NCBI GenBank assembly: GCA_020891255.1 | Contig: BQFW01000013.1 | Location: 992,001-1,056,000 of the forward strand | DNA: 64,000 bases | Direction: 5' to 3' | Source of the DNA: Entomortierella parvispora E1425 | Lineage: Eukaryota; Fungi; Mortierellomycota | In this document: piece by piece, positions 61,671-64,000 of the stretch | Position numbering within the stretch: the stretch's first letter is position 1 | Layout of the letters: every line of letters starts with the position of its first letter | The notes under the pieces: model-generated | Databases searched by the model: none | What the model was told of the DNA's origin: nothing | What the model saw: only the letters and a program-made list of their open reading frames with translations | Translations under genes and position numbers: made by a program

Positions 61671-63079
61671 GACGCCCACGAGTCCGATTTGTCTATTTGC
61701 TCGCTCTCCCTTCTCGTCCTCCTCCTCCTTCCTTTCCTCGTGGACAACAAGAGAAGGAAGGCGGAAATGGAGAGCCTCATACTTTTCGGTTACCGACACG
61801 GTCTGTTCCTGCGACATGCACTGGGTATCAAAGCCCGCAAAAAGTCCATCTCTTTTGACTTTTCCTTTCAAGATCTTTTCTTTCTTCCCAGATTTTTATT
61901 TTGACCTCCTACCTTTTCAGCCTTTTCTCCGTGGGTGTTGCATGATGACCATGCGGTATAAAACAAGGCAAGGCGTCGACCCTGTCCGCCGTCGTCCTTG
62001 GTCGAGGTCTGCTCTCAAAAGCTTGCTCAACTGGATGGTCTCAGCCATTTGCATCCGAAAGGAAGCATCCTACAAAAGAACAGCTCTTTTGTTTGGCTTC
62101 CTGGCATGCTTTTTTGTTGCCCTGCTCGTCCTTCCTCCCTGCAGCCTGCTTACTGCTGCGTGTTTGTTTGCAGGAAATGAGTTTTTGATCCCCTCTCCAG
62201 ATTTCTAAGGGAGAGGCGTATAGAGAGAGAGGAAGAGTCCTCCGCGCGACAAGATCCCTTCAGGCTGAATAATGAGGGGGATAGGGTATATGAACATCAA
62301 GGAACAAAGTGCCTTTGGGATGCTAGGATGACTAACCACTCCCAAGGACTGGAGCCACAAGTGATCCGCCACATTCCATTTCCATCGCCACAATGTCCTA
62401 TCGTATTTCCTTTCTTTTGTTCCTTTTTTGTTCCTTTTTGCATGCATTGCCGACCATGGGGGGTGGACTGGGGGGCGTCGCGCGACGACGCCTCGAAAGC
62501 CACCGCATGAGTCAAAGGAGATTAAGAGGTGACCCGCGCACGACCCTGGGTCTTTCTGGGTCTTTCTTGCTTGGTCCCAGACGTCTTCGTCATCGTGAAT
62601 GACCTCTTTTCTTTCTGCCTTCTTGCCCCCTCCCCGGGCGTGTTTTGGTTTGTTCCCAGCTGATACGTCGGTTGCTCATTGTTTTTTTTTTGGTTGTTGC
62701 ACAGGAAGGGGAAGATTCAGCGCGGCAAGCAAAGGACTTCAGTTTTCTTTATCTTTCGTCTTTTTGAGCCATTCAATTGGAGTTTGCTAAGTAATATGCA
62801 AAAGCAAAAAATACCCTCGATCACCAAGGGGGGGGGGAGTGCTAACAAAACACTCTTGGAGTCAAAACCACCAGCGAACCAACCACCACTCGGATCTCAG
62901 ACATCATTCGCTAAATCAAGCCTCAAGGTCGACGGTGCCATTGATGCGCCAAAGGTCAAGTACTCTAAAAGCAAAGCAGCCCAAAGCAAATTGGGGACGG
63001 GGCACCTCGCGTTTTTGTATAAAAACAAAGGGTCTGCCCCGATGACTGCACCTCTCAACCGCATCCAAAAAAAACCTCT

Positions 63080-63417
63080 CTCACAACCGCTCTTTCCCTT
63101 CTCTCTTCTTCCCTTCAGCCCTCACTGGTCTTTCTCGTCCTCACCTTCCCTTTCCCTCTTATTCCTTATTTTCGCTCTTTATTCCGCCTTTGGCTCCTGC
63201 TCTTTCTTTAATTCCGACTCTCCTCCTCCCTCCTCTCATTCATTCATCTTTTCTTTTCTCCATTCCGCTTTACGAAAAACAATTCAAAAAAAAGTACCTA
63301 TACCCCATTCACCTCGTTCTTCTTTTTTTATATATTCGTCTGTTCAACGCCTTACCCAAGCACAAAAGAATTGAAAAAACAGTCTAGTTTGTATCTCTTT
63401 TTCCCTTCAGTGTAAGT
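63080..63417 (+). promoter_or_regulatory. Probable CT-rich leader or non-coding first exon of a + strand gene whose coding part lies beyond the window
   Basis: Long CT-rich block like those before the other ATGs in this window, ending at a consensus GTAAGT donor (63412-63417). Confidence 0.35.
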
Positions 63418-64000
63418 CAAAAACCTCTCTTCTTCCCAGTTCTTTTTTCTTGGTGGTGGTGGTTTTTTTTACTGTTTTCACGTTTCAATTGAGGCTCAGG
63501 AACGCGCTGACGAAAGACACAGTGTGAGTAAGGGGGGCAGATCAACACGCGTTCTTGTATCTCTTGTTTTGGGCCAAGAGTCTGTCGTGACCTCAAAAAA
63601 GTCGGAAAACGCCCAAAAGAAAGACCGTTGCACCAACACACCGACATCAACACTCCACTTTCAATTGATGGCGCAAACCACGAGGACAGGGCGGGGCATG
63701 GTGGTCCTCCATGGCGCACACAGACACAAACACAAAAAAAGAGGCATCGTGTTCCAGGCCGAGGGACGAAACAAAAAAACATAAAACCCGGCAGCGGGTT
63801 GTTTTTCTGTGCTGGCACGTTGCCTTCTGCTGAGGCAAGAAAAAAAACGAGTGTGTGTGAAAGTGAGGAAGGCTCTCATCCCATCCCAGGAAGAGGAAAA
63901 GGCCAAACAGGAGGACAGCAAAGGTTAGACAAACTAGACGATCACCGCACATCGATCGACCTATTGCGACTTTAGACTGAACGACAGGACCCCCCTATCC

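Noticed and set aside
1-64000. Secondary-metabolite gene cluster (monooxygenase, acetyltransferases, transporters, Zn2Cys6 factor)
   Set aside because: No NRPS, PKS or terpene synthase core is present, and the genes are dispersed among housekeeping genes (TYW4, ARL1, ACS). The monooxygenase's neighbours before base 1 cannot be seen.

Overview
Eukaryotic (fungal) genomic DNA of roughly 50% GC, with short GT-AG introns, CTAAC-type branch points, CT-rich leaders and poly-Q/poly-N tracts. By gene style it most resembles Mucoromycota, probably Mortierellaceae; this is inference, not a database result. Most ORF-track entries are shadow ORFs, so I built spliced models by hand and checked intron phases. 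About 15 genes, in order: partial FAD-dependent monooxygenase (-), possible orphan (-), TYW4/LCMT2 methyltransferase-Kelch protein (-), DUF4203-like membrane protein (+), AreA/Gat1-type GATA factor split by a 1.34 kb intron (+), Msn2/BrlA-type C2H2 factor with two finger pairs (-), OPT oligopeptide transporter (-), AzgA-type purine permease (+), a paralogous C2H2 factor that has lost its second finger pair (+), a 7-TM receptor-like protein with a tail of about 1100 aa (+), ARL1 (-), a pseudokinase-ankyrin fusion (+), two tandem intronless RimJ/RimL-type GNAT acetyltransferases (+), acetyl-CoA synthetase (+) and a Zn2Cys6 factor (-). I found no tRNA, rRNA, CRISPR array or recognisable transposon. 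The strongest leads are the mirror-symmetric TF-transporter-transporter-TF block next to the GATA factor, the vestigial zinc-finger exon in one C2H2 paralog, the GATA-site-rich intron of the GATA gene, the orphan 7-TM protein, the pseudokinase-ankyrin protein and the GNAT pair next to ACS. None is proven to be a new system.
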